A DNA stretch of 64,000 nucleotides from Proteobacteria bacterium CAG:495 (lineage in GTDB: Bacteria; Pseudomonadota; Alphaproteobacteria; RF32; CAG-239): NCBI GenBank assembly GCA_000432275.1, contig HF995302.1, forward strand, positions 8,589 to 72,588, read 5' to 3'. A program made the translations under genes and the position numbers. The notes under the pieces were generated by a model, which saw only the letters and a program-made list of their open reading frames with translations, did no database searches and had not been told where the DNA came from. Shown piece by piece: positions 1 to 9,785 of this stretch; position 1 is the stretch's first letter; each line of letters starts with the position of its first letter.

Positions 1-513
1 GAAGTAGGCGCCGACGACAAAGTGATTTTGGCGTTGGATTCCAAAGCCTACAACCGTCTCACCGGAGGAGAGCCGTTTGACTACAACGGTATCATCAACG
101 TGTTTTACAGGACGTCGCAAAAGCTGACGCTGCCGGAAGACGCATCTCTGATGGGAATCGCCGACGGTCTTGCCGACTGGATATTCATCAACGACGATAT
201 CGTAAACGTTACGATTTCCGACTCAGGGCAAAAAAACGACGATTTGGACGGCTTGGCCCGCAAGATATGGAAACAACTGGACAAGTTGAGAGGCGTCAAC
301 TCGGGTTTTGTGCCGCCGTTTAAGGTAATCAACCACAAAATTGCCACTATCCGCCAAGATGCAGCAAACAACAACAAGCGCCCTAAAAACGCAAAAACAG
401 TTTATCCCAATGTTTTTATTGCTGGGGACTGGACGATGAAAAATTATCCCTGCAGTTTGGAAACGGCAATTTTATCTGCCAAAAGAGCCGTCAAAACTGC
501 ACGGAAAAGCTGA
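1..513 (+). CDS. FAD-dependent oxidoreductase (amine-oxidase / phytoene-desaturase / HpnE-like), C-terminal part; 5' end outside window
   Basis: Frame 1 is open from base 1 to TGA 511-513. The C-terminal NVFIAGDWT...SLETAILSAKRAV resembles the C-terminal FAD-binding segment of this superfamily. Confidence 0.55.
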   Translation, partial: EVGADDKVILALDSKAYNRLTGGEPFDYNGIINVFYRTSQKLTLPEDASLMGIADGLADWIFINDDIVNVTISDSGQKNDDLDGLARKIWKQLDKLRGVNSGFVPPFKVINHKIATIRQDAANNNKRPKNAKTVYPNVFIAGDWTMKNYPCSLETAILSAKRAVKTARKS

Positions 514-569
514 GAAAACCCTGCTATAACCGGGTTTTCTCAGTAAAATCCTTATTCCCTGCACAATTC

Positions 570-1256
570 TCAGTAATTGATAAGCTCAAGCATTTCGTCC
601 ACAAGATTTCGTGTTCCGGTGCAAATATCTTTCAGCGAATTGGCCAGCATATAGCACGGAGTGGTAACGATTTTATGCTCAGAATCGACACAGACTTCGG
701 TTGCGGCGCAATCCTGATGGCGTGCTCCCATCTTAGCCAGCCCGGCCGCGACTTTTTTATCATTGCCTACGGTGATGGTAATTCCGTGTTTGCCTAACAC
801 TCTTGCTATGACAGTCGGAGCGATACACATGGCTCCGATGACAATCCCCTCCCGGTAGCTTTCTTCAATTGCCCGGCGAACTTCGACATTGACGTCACAT
901 TCTGCCCCGTTTACCGCAAAATCGCTGAGGTTCAGCGCGGCACCGAAACCGCCCGGAAAAATGACGGCATCATAATCTTTGGCTTTGAATTCGGCCAAAT
1001 CTTTAATCTCGCCGCGCGCTATACGCGCCGATTCCGCCAATACATTGCGGTTATCTTCATCGCCGGCTATCGCTACGGCATGTCCGGTAAAGTGGTCAAT
1101 GGTCCTGGCCTGCCAGGTATTGGGAGCAAAACACTGATATGTACACCCGCTTTGATCAACAGCCAGCATGGTACAAACAGCCTCGTGGATTTCGCTGCCG
1201 TCAAAGACACCACAGCCGGAAAGCACGATGGCAAATTTTGGAGCTTCATTATTCAT
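570..1256 (-). CDS. elbB: isoprenoid biosynthesis glyoxalase ElbB (DJ-1/PfpI superfamily)
   Basis: 228 aa. The N-terminus KFAIVLSGCGVFDGSEIHEAV and the length are typical of ElbB. Confidence 0.8.
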   Translation of the reverse strand: MNNEAPKFAIVLSGCGVFDGSEIHEAVCTMLAVDQSGCTYQCFAPNTWQARTIDHFTGHAVAIAGDEDNRNVLAESARIARGEIKDLAEFKAKDYDAVIFPGGFGAALNLSDFAVNGAECDVNVEVRRAIEESYREGIVIGAMCIAPTVIARVLGKHGITITVGNDKKVAAGLAKMGARHQDCAATEVCVDSEHKIVTTPCYMLANSLKDICTGTRNLVDEMLELINY

Positions 1257-1344
1257 ATTAATATCTTCCTTTTTAAAATTTATCGTTTATAAATATTACA
1301 CATAATAATAATAGCAATTTTTGTAAAATGAAATGGAATAATAT

Positions 1345-2607
1345 ATGCAATCTGAAATGACCACTCTCAAAAACGGTTTGAGAATCATTACGTCCAGTCG
1401 TCCGCAGACGGAAACTGTTTCGCTCGGAATCTGGGTAAAAACCGGCGCTGCTTATGAAAAGCAGGAGGTTAACGGTATCTCACATTTTTTGGAGCATATG
1501 GCGTTTAAAGGGACTAACAAACGCAATGCTTTGCAAATTTCCGAGGAAATTGAAGACGTCGGAGGACAGTCCAACGCATACACTTCCCGCGAATTTACGG
1601 CTTTTTACTGCAAAATGCTCAAAGGCGACACCGAACTGGCGGTAGACGTTCTTACGGATATTTTGCAAAACTCAACTTTTCCCGAGGACGAACTGGTTAA
1701 GGAACGCGAAGTCGTCGTCCAGGAAATCAAACAGACTATCGACACCCCCGACGACATCGTGTTTGATTATTTTCAGGAAACCGCTTTTCCCGATCAGGCC
1801 ATCGGACGTTCAATCCTGGGCTCGAAGGAAAACGTTCGCAGTTTTACCAGAGAAAAGCTCAACAATTATATAGCCACTAATTACGCTGCAGAAAACATTA
1901 TCGTCTGCGCCGTCGGCAATATTGAGCATAACGCCTTTGTCAACATGGTGGAAAGCCGGATGGGCGGTTTTAGAAGCAAAACCAACTTCACCCCGGACAG
2001 ACAGCATTATGAGGGCGGCTTTTTTATGGAATCGAGAGACATTGAACAAGTGCATGTCGCCTTGGGATTCAAAGGTTTCAGATATTGTTCGGAAAACTAT
2101 TATCCGAGCATCTTGTTTTCAACGCTGTTCGGCGGCGGAATGTCCTCGCGCCTGTTTCAGGAAATCCGTGAAAAAAGAGGTTTGGTTTACACGGTTTACA
2201 GCTTTACGGCCTCACACACCGAAGACGGTCTGTTCGGCATTTATGCCGGAACCGGTGCCAAGGATTTGAAAAACCTGTTGCCGGTAGTCGTTGACGAAAT
2301 CAGAAAAGTCTGCAACGACAAAGTAACCGAAAAAGAGCTTGTTCGGGCAAAAACCCAGCTTAAGGCAAGTATGCTGATGTCACTGGAAAGCTCTTCGGCA
2401 ACGGCTGAAGTCCTGGCGCGCCAGATGCTGATTTTCGACCGGATTATTCCGATTGACGAAATGGTGGAAAGGATTGAAAAAGTCACCTTGGACGACATTC
2501 AAAACACCGCAAGGACGATTTTTTCCAGCAAACCGACCTACACCCTGCTGGGAGCAATCAAAGACCATATCGAATATGACGATCTGCAAAAAATTTTGAA
2601 GTGTTAA
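1345..2607 (+). CDS. M16 (pitrilysin) family zinc peptidase
   Basis: 420 aa with the inverted zinc motif HFLEHMAFKGT (HxxEH). It resembles the MPP-like peptidases common in alphaproteobacteria. Confidence 0.85.
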   Translation: MQSEMTTLKNGLRIITSSRPQTETVSLGIWVKTGAAYEKQEVNGISHFLEHMAFKGTNKRNALQISEEIEDVGGQSNAYTSREFTAFYCKMLKGDTELAVDVLTDILQNSTFPEDELVKEREVVVQEIKQTIDTPDDIVFDYFQETAFPDQAIGRSILGSKENVRSFTREKLNNYIATNYAAENIIVCAVGNIEHNAFVNMVESRMGGFRSKTNFTPDRQHYEGGFFMESRDIEQVHVALGFKGFRYCSENYYPSILFSTLFGGGMSSRLFQEIREKRGLVYTVYSFTASHTEDGLFGIYAGTGAKDLKNLLPVVVDEIRKVCNDKVTEKELVRAKTQLKASMLMSLESSSATAEVLARQMLIFDRIIPIDEMVERIEKVTLDDIQNTARTIFSSKPTYTLLGAIKDHIEYDDLQKILKC

Positions 2608-2613
2608 ACGCCG

Positions 2614-3546
2614 ATGGCCGGACTATGTGACATCTACCTCGCCGTGCCGCGCGGGTTCTGCGCCGGTGTAAAAAGGGCAATTTCTCTGGTGGAAAAGGCC
2701 TTGGAAGATTACGGCGCACCGGTTTACGTGCGGCATGAAATCGTCCACAACCGGCACGTGGTTGAAAACCTGCGGCGGCGCGGTGTCGTATTTGTTGAAG
2801 ACTTTGACGAAATCAAAGACGACAGCCGTCCGGTCATTCTTTCGGCACACGGTGTTCCCAAAGCCGTCGAAACGGAAGCCGCCCGCAGAAAGCTTACGGT
2901 TATCGACGCTACCTGCCCGCTGGTTGCCAAAGTGCACCGGCAAATACGGAAGCTGGCCGAAGAAGGGCGGGAAATCGTGGTCATCGGAAAAAAAGAGCAT
3001 CCGGAAATTATCGGAACCGTCGGTCAGGTTGATTGTCAGGACAGGGTGCACATCATTAATTCCGTTAATGAAGCCCTGACGCTGAACCTTCCTTCCGGCT
3101 GCAAGGCCGGCGTCGTTACTCAGACGACCCTTGCGGTTGACGATGCAGAATACATCACGGCCTGCCTCCGCCGAAAATTCAATGAACTGGCGGAACAAAA
3201 GGGCAGCGACATATGTTATGCCACCACCTTTCGGCAAAAGGCGGTTCGGGAAATTGCCGCAAAAGCAGACGGCGTTATCGTTATCGGCTCAAAAAACTCC
3301 TCCAACAGCAAACATCTGCAACAGACTGCCCTGCAAAACGGCGCGGCCAAAGCCTGGCTGATTGACGACGCGGACGAGCTTCCGTGGCTGGAACTGGAAA
3401 ATTTAAACAGCTTGGGAATCAGTGCGGGAGCTTCTGCCCCCGAATATTTGGTCGACGAGGTAATTGCCGAGCTCAAAAAACATTATAAGAATCTTAAGAT
3501 TCATGATATTATAGTAGCAGAAGAAAACATTGAGTTCAAAAATTAA
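2614..3546 (+). CDS. ispH: 4-hydroxy-3-methylbut-2-enyl diphosphate reductase
   Basis: 310 aa; VPRGFCAGVKRAI, SAHGVPK and ATCPLVAKVH motifs are characteristic of IspH/LytB. Confidence 0.9.
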   Translation: MAGLCDIYLAVPRGFCAGVKRAISLVEKALEDYGAPVYVRHEIVHNRHVVENLRRRGVVFVEDFDEIKDDSRPVILSAHGVPKAVETEAARRKLTVIDATCPLVAKVHRQIRKLAEEGREIVVIGKKEHPEIIGTVGQVDCQDRVHIINSVNEALTLNLPSGCKAGVVTQTTLAVDDAEYITACLRRKFNELAEQKGSDICYATTFRQKAVREIAAKADGVIVIGSKNSSNSKHLQQTALQNGAAKAWLIDDADELPWLELENLNSLGISAGASAPEYLVDEVIAELKKHYKNLKIHDIIVAEENIEFKN

Positions 3547-3558
3547 GGAGCGGCAACG

Positions 3559-4626
3559 ATGTCACGTGCTGAAGACATCTTCCAAAAACTTATTTATTTT
3601 GGGGAAGATGCGATTGACGAATTCATCCTAAACCAACAAACCGAAGAGCTTTTTCTGGACTTTAAACAAGCCGTTTCGGTCGGAAAAAACTTTACGACTT
3701 TGCACCGCGACGACCGCAAAAACCTTTCCAAGGCAATTTCAGGGTTCGGCAATTCCGAAGGCGGCGTCATCATATGGGGCGTAGAGTGTTCGCGGGATAT
3801 TGAAATCGGAGACGTTGCCAAAGCAAAAGTTAAAGTAAAAAATGTGCATCGTTTTCTAAGCTGGCTGGAAAACGCCATTTCTGGCTGTACAATTCCGAGC
3901 CATAACAAGGTTCGCAATCACATCATAAGCTGTGATGCCAACGGCGACGGTTTTATAGCCACCTACATTCCCAAATGCGATATTGCTCCGTTGATGACAA
4001 CGGGAAACAGCACCATTTACATCCGGTCGGGTTCAAACAACGTTCCGGCGCCGTATGCGGTGATTGCCGGAATGTTCGGGCGCCGTCCCCAGCCGAATAT
4101 TGAGCTGATGGCCGGCAACCGAAAGCTGGAAGCCCTGGAAAATATGGATGAGGATATGCTTTATCCGAACAGCATCGACAACCCGCCGGAGCAATATGTC
4201 AAAATCAGCTTTGCCCTGCAAGCTTCAAACACCAGCAATGTTATTGCCCGGGAATTATACCTTTCCTGCCAGACGCTTGATGTGGGCGGGGAATATAACA
4301 AGGTTCGCTTTCTGAATTATAACCAAATGGATTCGATACCGGGAATCGAAGGGCAGTTAAATCTGATTACGCGGCCGGAACTGCGGCTGCCTCCGCGAGG
4401 AATACTGAGATTCTGCAATGTTGAAATCATCCTCTCCCCTTATATTGAAGAAGATTTTTGCCTTGAAGGAGTTATCGGCGCGGATAATGCGGCTCCGAAA
4501 GACTTTAGAATATACATTCCCAAAAACAAGCTGCGTTCATATGTGGCAAGGGTTATTCGCTGCGAAGAAGAAGAAAATATGCTGCTCAATGAATTCTTTA
4601 ACGATTACTTTATAGGTGAGGTCTGA
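3559..4626 (+). CDS. AlbA_2 / Schlafen-like (divergent-AAA) domain protein with an unknown ~170-aa C-terminal half
   Basis: 355 aa. [26 protein letters not shown] and [12 protein letters not shown] fit the AlbA_2 pattern. It starts 12 nt after the ispH stop, and its TGA overlaps the rnhA ATG. Confidence 0.5.
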   Translation: MSRAEDIFQKLIYFGEDAIDEFILNQQTEELFLDFKQAVSVGKNFTTLHRDDRKNLSKAISGFGNSEGGVIIWGVECSRDIEIGDVAKAKVKVKNVHRFLSWLENAISGCTIPSHNKVRNHIISCDANGDGFIATYIPKCDIAPLMTTGNSTIYIRSGSNNVPAPYAVIAGMFGRRPQPNIELMAGNRKLEALENMDEDMLYPNSIDNPPEQYVKISFALQASNTSNVIARELYLSCQTLDVGGEYNKVRFLNYNQMDSIPGIEGQLNLITRPELRLPPRGILRFCNVEIILSPYIEEDFCLEGVIGADNAAPKDFRIYIPKNKLRSYVARVIRCEEEENMLLNEFFNDYFIGEV

Positions 4627-5075
4627 TGCCTGCAATTGAAGTGTTTACCGACGGCGCCTGTTCCGGAAACCCGGGAGCCGGCGGCTGGGGCGTGATCCTT
4701 CGTTACGGAGAGATAGAAAAAGAACTTTCCGGCGGAGAAGAAAACACCACCAACAACCGTATGGAACTTACCGCCGTCATTGAGGCGTTAAAAGCTCTAA
4801 AAAAAGAATGCGACATCACAATCTATACCGACAGCCGCTATGTGATGGACGGCGTTCAGGAATGGATGCCCAACTGGAAACTCAACGGCTGGAAAACCAC
4901 CAATAAGAAATCCCCGGTAAAAAATGTGGAACTATGGCAGATTCTTGATTCGCTTTTGTCCAAACATAAGATAAAATGGGTATGGGTCAAGGGGCATAAC
5001 GGGCATCCCGAGAATGAGCGAGTTGATAAATTAGCGCGAGACGAAGCAAAAAAGTACGCCGTAACAAAAGTTTAA
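4626..5075 (+). CDS. rnhA: ribonuclease HI
   Basis: 149 aa; [30 protein letters not shown] and a C-terminal NERVDKLA are classic RNase HI motifs. The start overlaps the upstream stop (TGATG). Confidence 0.9.
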   Translation: MPAIEVFTDGACSGNPGAGGWGVILRYGEIEKELSGGEENTTNNRMELTAVIEALKALKKECDITIYTDSRYVMDGVQEWMPNWKLNGWKTTNKKSPVKNVELWQILDSLLSKHKIKWVWVKGHNGHPENERVDKLARDEAKKYAVTKV

Positions 5076-5150
5076 CAATTCGCGGACTTGCACAGTTAGA
5101 CATAATATGCTATAGTTTGTCCAGTTTTAGGAAAAACTATAACATTTACG

Positions 5151-5909
5151 GTGGTCATTATGAGTAATGAAAGACTAAGAATTCTGCCCTCTGCCGAGGA
5201 ACTTCAGGATTCTGCATCGTCCAGCAGGGACGATGTCACAAGACAAGTTGATGATATTATAGCCAAAACTTTTGAAATTTTGCAATTTGAAACCAAAGAA
5301 GAATATATAAAGTTTCTGATTGAAGAAAATGAAATCCAAAAAGACAATACTCCGCGACCGGAGGAAGAGCTTGACCTGATACGCCTGAAAGGGCATCTCG
5401 AAATTGACAACAGGGTTAAAAGCGGTTTGGACTGGAGCGACGTCGTTGCCGACACAATTAACGTGATTTCCGGAAAAATTACCCGTTATCCTCATCTCCC
5501 CAAAGCCCGAAAATGGGTAAAGTCAGAATTAACAGCAAAGAGTGCCGCCGAATATTTTGAACATAACCTTTTTGGCTCCAGTAAAGAAACAGACGGTAAA
5601 ATTGAGGTTGAGCACGGTATTGCCCTCAAAATTGCCGAAGCGGAGAAAATGCCCGATTTCAATTCCGTCACCGTAGACAGCTTCTATTATTACGGCAGCA
5701 GTGCGCTTCCTCTCAGCAAACTTCCCCATACCAGAAAAGGAATTTATAACGTCAGTTGCGACAATTTGGAAATTGACGTTGATAATCCCTACAAAACGGC
5801 AAAAGAAAAAAAACTCGGAAAAGAGGTTATCGCCAAACTCGCTCCGACTAATCCGCTGCAACGATGGCTGGCCTCGATTACCCCTTCAAAGTCCAACAGC
5901 AATACCTAA
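5151..5909 (+). CDS. hypothetical protein
   Basis: 252-aa ORF with a GTG start; the first ATG is at 5160. No recognisable motif. Its stop overlaps the convergent dsbD-family stop by 4 nt. Confidence 0.45.
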   Translation: MVIMSNERLRILPSAEELQDSASSSRDDVTRQVDDIIAKTFEILQFETKEEYIKFLIEENEIQKDNTPRPEEELDLIRLKGHLEIDNRVKSGLDWSDVVADTINVISGKITRYPHLPKARKWVKSELTAKSAAEYFEHNLFGSSKETDGKIEVEHGIALKIAEAEKMPDFNSVTVDSFYYYGSSALPLSKLPHTRKGIYNVSCDNLEIDVDNPYKTAKEKKLGKEVIAKLAPTNPLQRWLASITPSKSNSNT

Positions 5910-8569
5910 TAGGCCAAATTTTCAATCAATGCGGTAAAATCTTTGTCGCTGATGAGTTCCGGCAATACCATTCCGTCCGGAATCCGGGGCGCGAACACCA
6001 CGTAAAACGGCAGGCCGCGCCGCCCAAACTTTTCCATAAAGGCAAGGACATCCCGATTATAATTAGTCCAGTCCACATCCAAAACCACCACATTGTACGC
6101 ATCCAGCAACGCAATCGTCTGCGGGGTATCAAAGACGTTCAGGTCATTTAATTTGCACGTCAGGCACCAGTCTGCTCCCACACGCACCAAAACGATGCGT
6201 CCGGCATTGACGTTTTCTCGGACCTCTTGAAGACTAATCATTTTTTGCAAAGCGGAAGTTTCGGCTCCCCGGCTGCGATAGTAGCCATATCCGGCATCAA
6301 CGGCTGCTGCCGTTATCAAGACGCCAATCAAGACTGCGGCCGCAACATTAAAAATACGGCGTACTTTCGAAAGCACTTCGGGAGTTTCCGGCTGACGTTC
6401 GACCGCTTGCAGCAACATCCGCCTAAACCATAAGACAATGAAAAATGCGGTCAGCCACAGTATAAAACGGCTCATAACGCCGGCGGACGTCTGCGCACTC
6501 AATATGCTCAAAAGCCAGACCAAGGTCAACAGCAGCATTATCGACATCAGTGCATTGACACGACGCATCCACGGTCCCGGAGAAGGCATATAATAAGCCA
6601 GCCCCGGAAAGAGTACAAACAACAGATATGGCAGCGACAAGCCTAAAGCTACCGCAATCATCATCAGCGCAATGTCAAGCGGCGTTCCGGCAAGGGCAAA
6701 CCCCAAAGCTGTTCCCAAATACGGGGCGGTACAGGGAGTGGAGAGCAAGACCAGGAACAAACCGGTCAAAAAATGCAGCAAATCGCCTTTTCGTCCTTTA
6801 TCTTCCAGAACCGCATCAACAAAATGCGGGGTTCGGAAAGAAACCAGCCCCCAGACATGGGCACAAAAGGCTGCAATAACGAAAATCATAAAAGTCAGAA
6901 AGTATACGTTTTGAAACTGCATTCCCCAGCCGACGGCCGCGCCCAAGAGCTTGAGCGTAATCAATCCGAGCGCCAACAAGGCAAACGAACAATATATGCC
7001 CAGCAGGTTTAATCCGAAACTGCGGCGCACTTCGGACGTTTTCATTCTTCCAAACCGGGTAAAGGACAACAGCTTAAGCGACAAAACGGGAAAAACGCAG
7101 GGCATTAAGTTCAGCAGAAAACCACCGACGAATCCTAACCACAGCAATCCGACCGACAAACGGTTTCCCTGCAAATCAAACAGGGAAGCGTCTTCCGCTT
7201 TCAGGAGTTTCCGAACGGCGACGTCTCCGGTCAGCCTGGCGGAAACCTCAAACTCCTGCCCTAAAAGATCAGTTCCCGGCTCAACAGCCTTGAAACGGGC
7301 CACAATGTCGCGGCCGTTAATGCTGATTAAGGGCGGAGCAAACTTTATGCCTGCGGCACTGCGAATAAAAATATCAAAATCCGCCGGCGTGGACTTTGCC
7401 CGCAATTCGGCCCGCAAGACATCCGCATCCTCCGAACGAACAGACTTCTCAACGACCAGATGCCCGATTTCCAGCTCTTCGTGCTGTTCTTGGGGCATCA
7501 GCTTGGCATTCATACGCAAAAAAGACGCGACGGTTGATTCTTCCGCAGCTCCCGGCCGGAGTTCCAAAACCGGAGCCACGACTTCGCTGAAACATTTGTT
7601 CTCGCCGCAGACGACCGCTTTGAGCTCGGCTTGCAGCATAAGCGGCTGAGCGGCATCAACCTTCAGCCGAAAAGGGATGACGACACTGCCGGTGTAAGCA
7701 ATCAGCGATTTTTTGTTAAAATTATAACGGCGAGGCAGCGGAAATTCCGGCAAAACTCCCGGGGAATTAAAATTTAAACTCAACCCGGCATACTGCTCAA
7801 AACCTTCGGCCAAAATCAAATAGCCGCGGGGCAGCGCCAATTGCAGCGCACCTTCCACATATCCGTCGGCAAGCGTTTTTTGAGAAGCCAACAGACGCGC
7901 AAACAGTTTGCCCTGCGTGTCCCAAACGCCGATACCCCGCCGGTCTTCAATTTCCCGACCGTCAAAAAGACCGTAAGAAAAAACTTTTTTCCAATCGCCT
8001 TGCAGAAAAGCCTTTTTAAGCTCTTCATCCCGTTCGCTCTGTCTCAAACCGCCCTGCTCACGCCGTTGCTTATCCTGATATGCGCGGCGATCGCGTTCGC
8101 TGCGCGAATAGGCGATGATTTTCTTGAAATCCTGGATGACGACAGGAGCGTCGCTTTCAATATAAGTTTCTTCATCGCCGCTTTCATATGCGCTTTCCGG
8201 CAAAATCAACGGAATATCGGAAGTGGCAATGAACGATTTGAGCTTTTCCAGCAGAAAGTTGTAAATCCGCTTGGTGCGGACACCGAGACGTATCAGGGTT
8301 TCTTTGGTATTAATTCCGGAATCACCGTATTCGGGATGAAGCTCCCGAATGTCGTCTTTGAAATCTTCTTCAATCTGTTCTCCGGGATATTTGGCATCAA
8401 AGTCCGCAACTTCTGCCAAATATTCGTCCAACAGCAGACCGACGGCCGGCGCCTTTTCTTCCGTCTCAGGTTTTAAATCAAGGACAACCTGTGCATTTTC
8501 CACGGCATACGAAAGCTGGGGAAATGTCATAAAAACGGCGAAAACAGCTAATTTCAAAATGTTTTTCAT
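5906..8569 (-). CDS. DsbD/ScsB-family protein-disulfide reductase (signal peptide, N-terminal domain, TM core, C-terminal thioredoxin)
   Basis: 887 aa. Signal peptide MKNILKLAVFAVFMTFPQLSYA. VVCGENKCF lies in the N-domain, MPCVFPVLSLK and TPCTAPYLG in the TM core, and WCLTCKLN in the thioredoxin motif. Confidence 0.8.
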   Translation of the reverse strand: MKNILKLAVFAVFMTFPQLSYAVENAQVVLDLKPETEEKAPAVGLLLDEYLAEVADFDAKYPGEQIEEDFKDDIRELHPEYGDSGINTKETLIRLGVRTKRIYNFLLEKLKSFIATSDIPLILPESAYESGDEETYIESDAPVVIQDFKKIIAYSRSERDRRAYQDKQRREQGGLRQSERDEELKKAFLQGDWKKVFSYGLFDGREIEDRRGIGVWDTQGKLFARLLASQKTLADGYVEGALQLALPRGYLILAEGFEQYAGLSLNFNSPGVLPEFPLPRRYNFNKKSLIAYTGSVVIPFRLKVDAAQPLMLQAELKAVVCGENKCFSEVVAPVLELRPGAAEESTVASFLRMNAKLMPQEQHEELEIGHLVVEKSVRSEDADVLRAELRAKSTPADFDIFIRSAAGIKFAPPLISINGRDIVARFKAVEPGTDLLGQEFEVSARLTGDVAVRKLLKAEDASLFDLQGNRLSVGLLWLGFVGGFLLNLMPCVFPVLSLKLLSFTRFGRMKTSEVRRSFGLNLLGIYCSFALLALGLITLKLLGAAVGWGMQFQNVYFLTFMIFVIAAFCAHVWGLVSFRTPHFVDAVLEDKGRKGDLLHFLTGLFLVLLSTPCTAPYLGTALGFALAGTPLDIALMMIAVALGLSLPYLLFVLFPGLAYYMPSPGPWMRRVNALMSIMLLLTLVWLLSILSAQTSAGVMSRFILWLTAFFIVLWFRRMLLQAVERQPETPEVLSKVRRIFNVAAAVLIGVLITAAAVDAGYGYYRSRGAETSALQKMISLQEVRENVNAGRIVLVRVGADWCLTCKLNDLNVFDTPQTIALLDAYNVVVLDVDWTNYNRDVLAFMEKFGRRGLPFYVVFAPRIPDGMVLPELISDKDFTALIENLAY

Positions 8570-8660
8570 TTATTTTTGATTAGAAATGTGAAAATATGTT
8601 TTTAAATTACTGTAAATTATGTTAGAATACAAGAGTTGAGTAAGTAAAAAACGGGTATAT

Positions 8661-9239
8661 ATGGATAACATGAATAAAGCCAGTGAAAACTACCTGACCG
8701 GCAAATGTCTGGTTTCGATGCCGAATATGGCTGACGAGCGGTTTGAACGGTCTTTGATATACATTTGCTCGCATACAAAAGACGGGGCGATGGGTTTTGT
8801 CGTAAACAAAAAAATTAAAGAGTTCTCCTTCACCGATTTGGCCAATCAACTGCCTATCAGCACGCTTAAACCCATTATCCCCATAGACCTTTATCAGGGT
8901 GGCCCGTTGGACAAGGTGCGCGGTTTTGTTCTGCATTCCACCGATTATCTCAAAGGCGACAGCATTATCATCGGCGACGGAATTGCGGTTTCTTCCTCCA
9001 TCGACATTCTTACCGACATCGCTTTCGGCACCGGTCCGAAAGACAATCTTATCGCCTTGGGCTATGCCAGCTGGGCTCCCAATCAGCTGGAACAGGAAAT
9101 TATCAATAATACATGGCTGGTAGCTCCATCTTCTCCCGAGCTTGTTTTTCGCACCAAAGACGAAGAAAAATGGCAAAAAGCGCTTGATTCCATCGGTATT
9201 GACGTAACACGCCTCAGCGAATTTGCCGGCAGAGCCTAA
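8661..9239 (+). CDS. yqgE: YqgE/AlgH family protein (UPF0301)
   Basis: 192 aa; LTGKCLVSMPNMADERFERSLIYICSHTKDGAMGFVVNK is typical of the family. Confidence 0.85.
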   Translation: MDNMNKASENYLTGKCLVSMPNMADERFERSLIYICSHTKDGAMGFVVNKKIKEFSFTDLANQLPISTLKPIIPIDLYQGGPLDKVRGFVLHSTDYLKGDSIIIGDGIAVSSSIDILTDIAFGTGPKDNLIALGYASWAPNQLEQEIINNTWLVAPSSPELVFRTKDEEKWQKALDSIGIDVTRLSEFAGRA

Positions 9240-9446
9240 AGCGACCGGGCAGAAATGCACGGCAAAAAAATGACTGTCGTCCTAAGTCCTCTTTAAGTTT
9301 CTCTTGTCTGGGTGAGCTAAAAATTCTGTTACTGAATCCGGTTTTTATGCTCTGTACAATTAAAAATGCAGGAGATATTATATATCTGAACCACCTTAAG
9401 CGACTTGCACTAATTCAAAAAAATAACAAGCAAACAGGAGAAACCT

Positions 9447-9659
9447 ATGACAAAGAAATATCATAGTGACGAAGCTGATGTTGTGGAACAGAATTTGGAG
9501 CTTATCAGTAAAATTTACCAGAGTTTTGAAGCCCTTGAAGAAACATTGGGGCGTCTGAAACTTGAAGAACCGCTTTTCATAACCTACATTGCAAAAAAAT
9601 CATTTGCCAACGTTATTTTTAACGATATAAAAAAGAATTCCGGTTCAGACAGCCGATAA
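9447..9659 (+). CDS. small hypothetical protein (70 aa)
   Basis: ATG preceded by CAGGAGAAACCT (SD-like). No recognisable motif. Confidence 0.45.
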   Translation: MTKKYHSDEADVVEQNLELISKIYQSFEALEETLGRLKLEEPLFITYIAKKSFANVIFNDIKKNSGSDSR

Positions 9660-9785
9660 CCCCGGCTTACGGAATCAAAAAAACTCATATCAGCACGGTT
9701 TTCTGCTGAAACCGTTGTAATTTTCTTTCTGACCGGATGATAAAACATTATCATTTCCGGCATTGGGTTATGTGGCTGTTTTACA

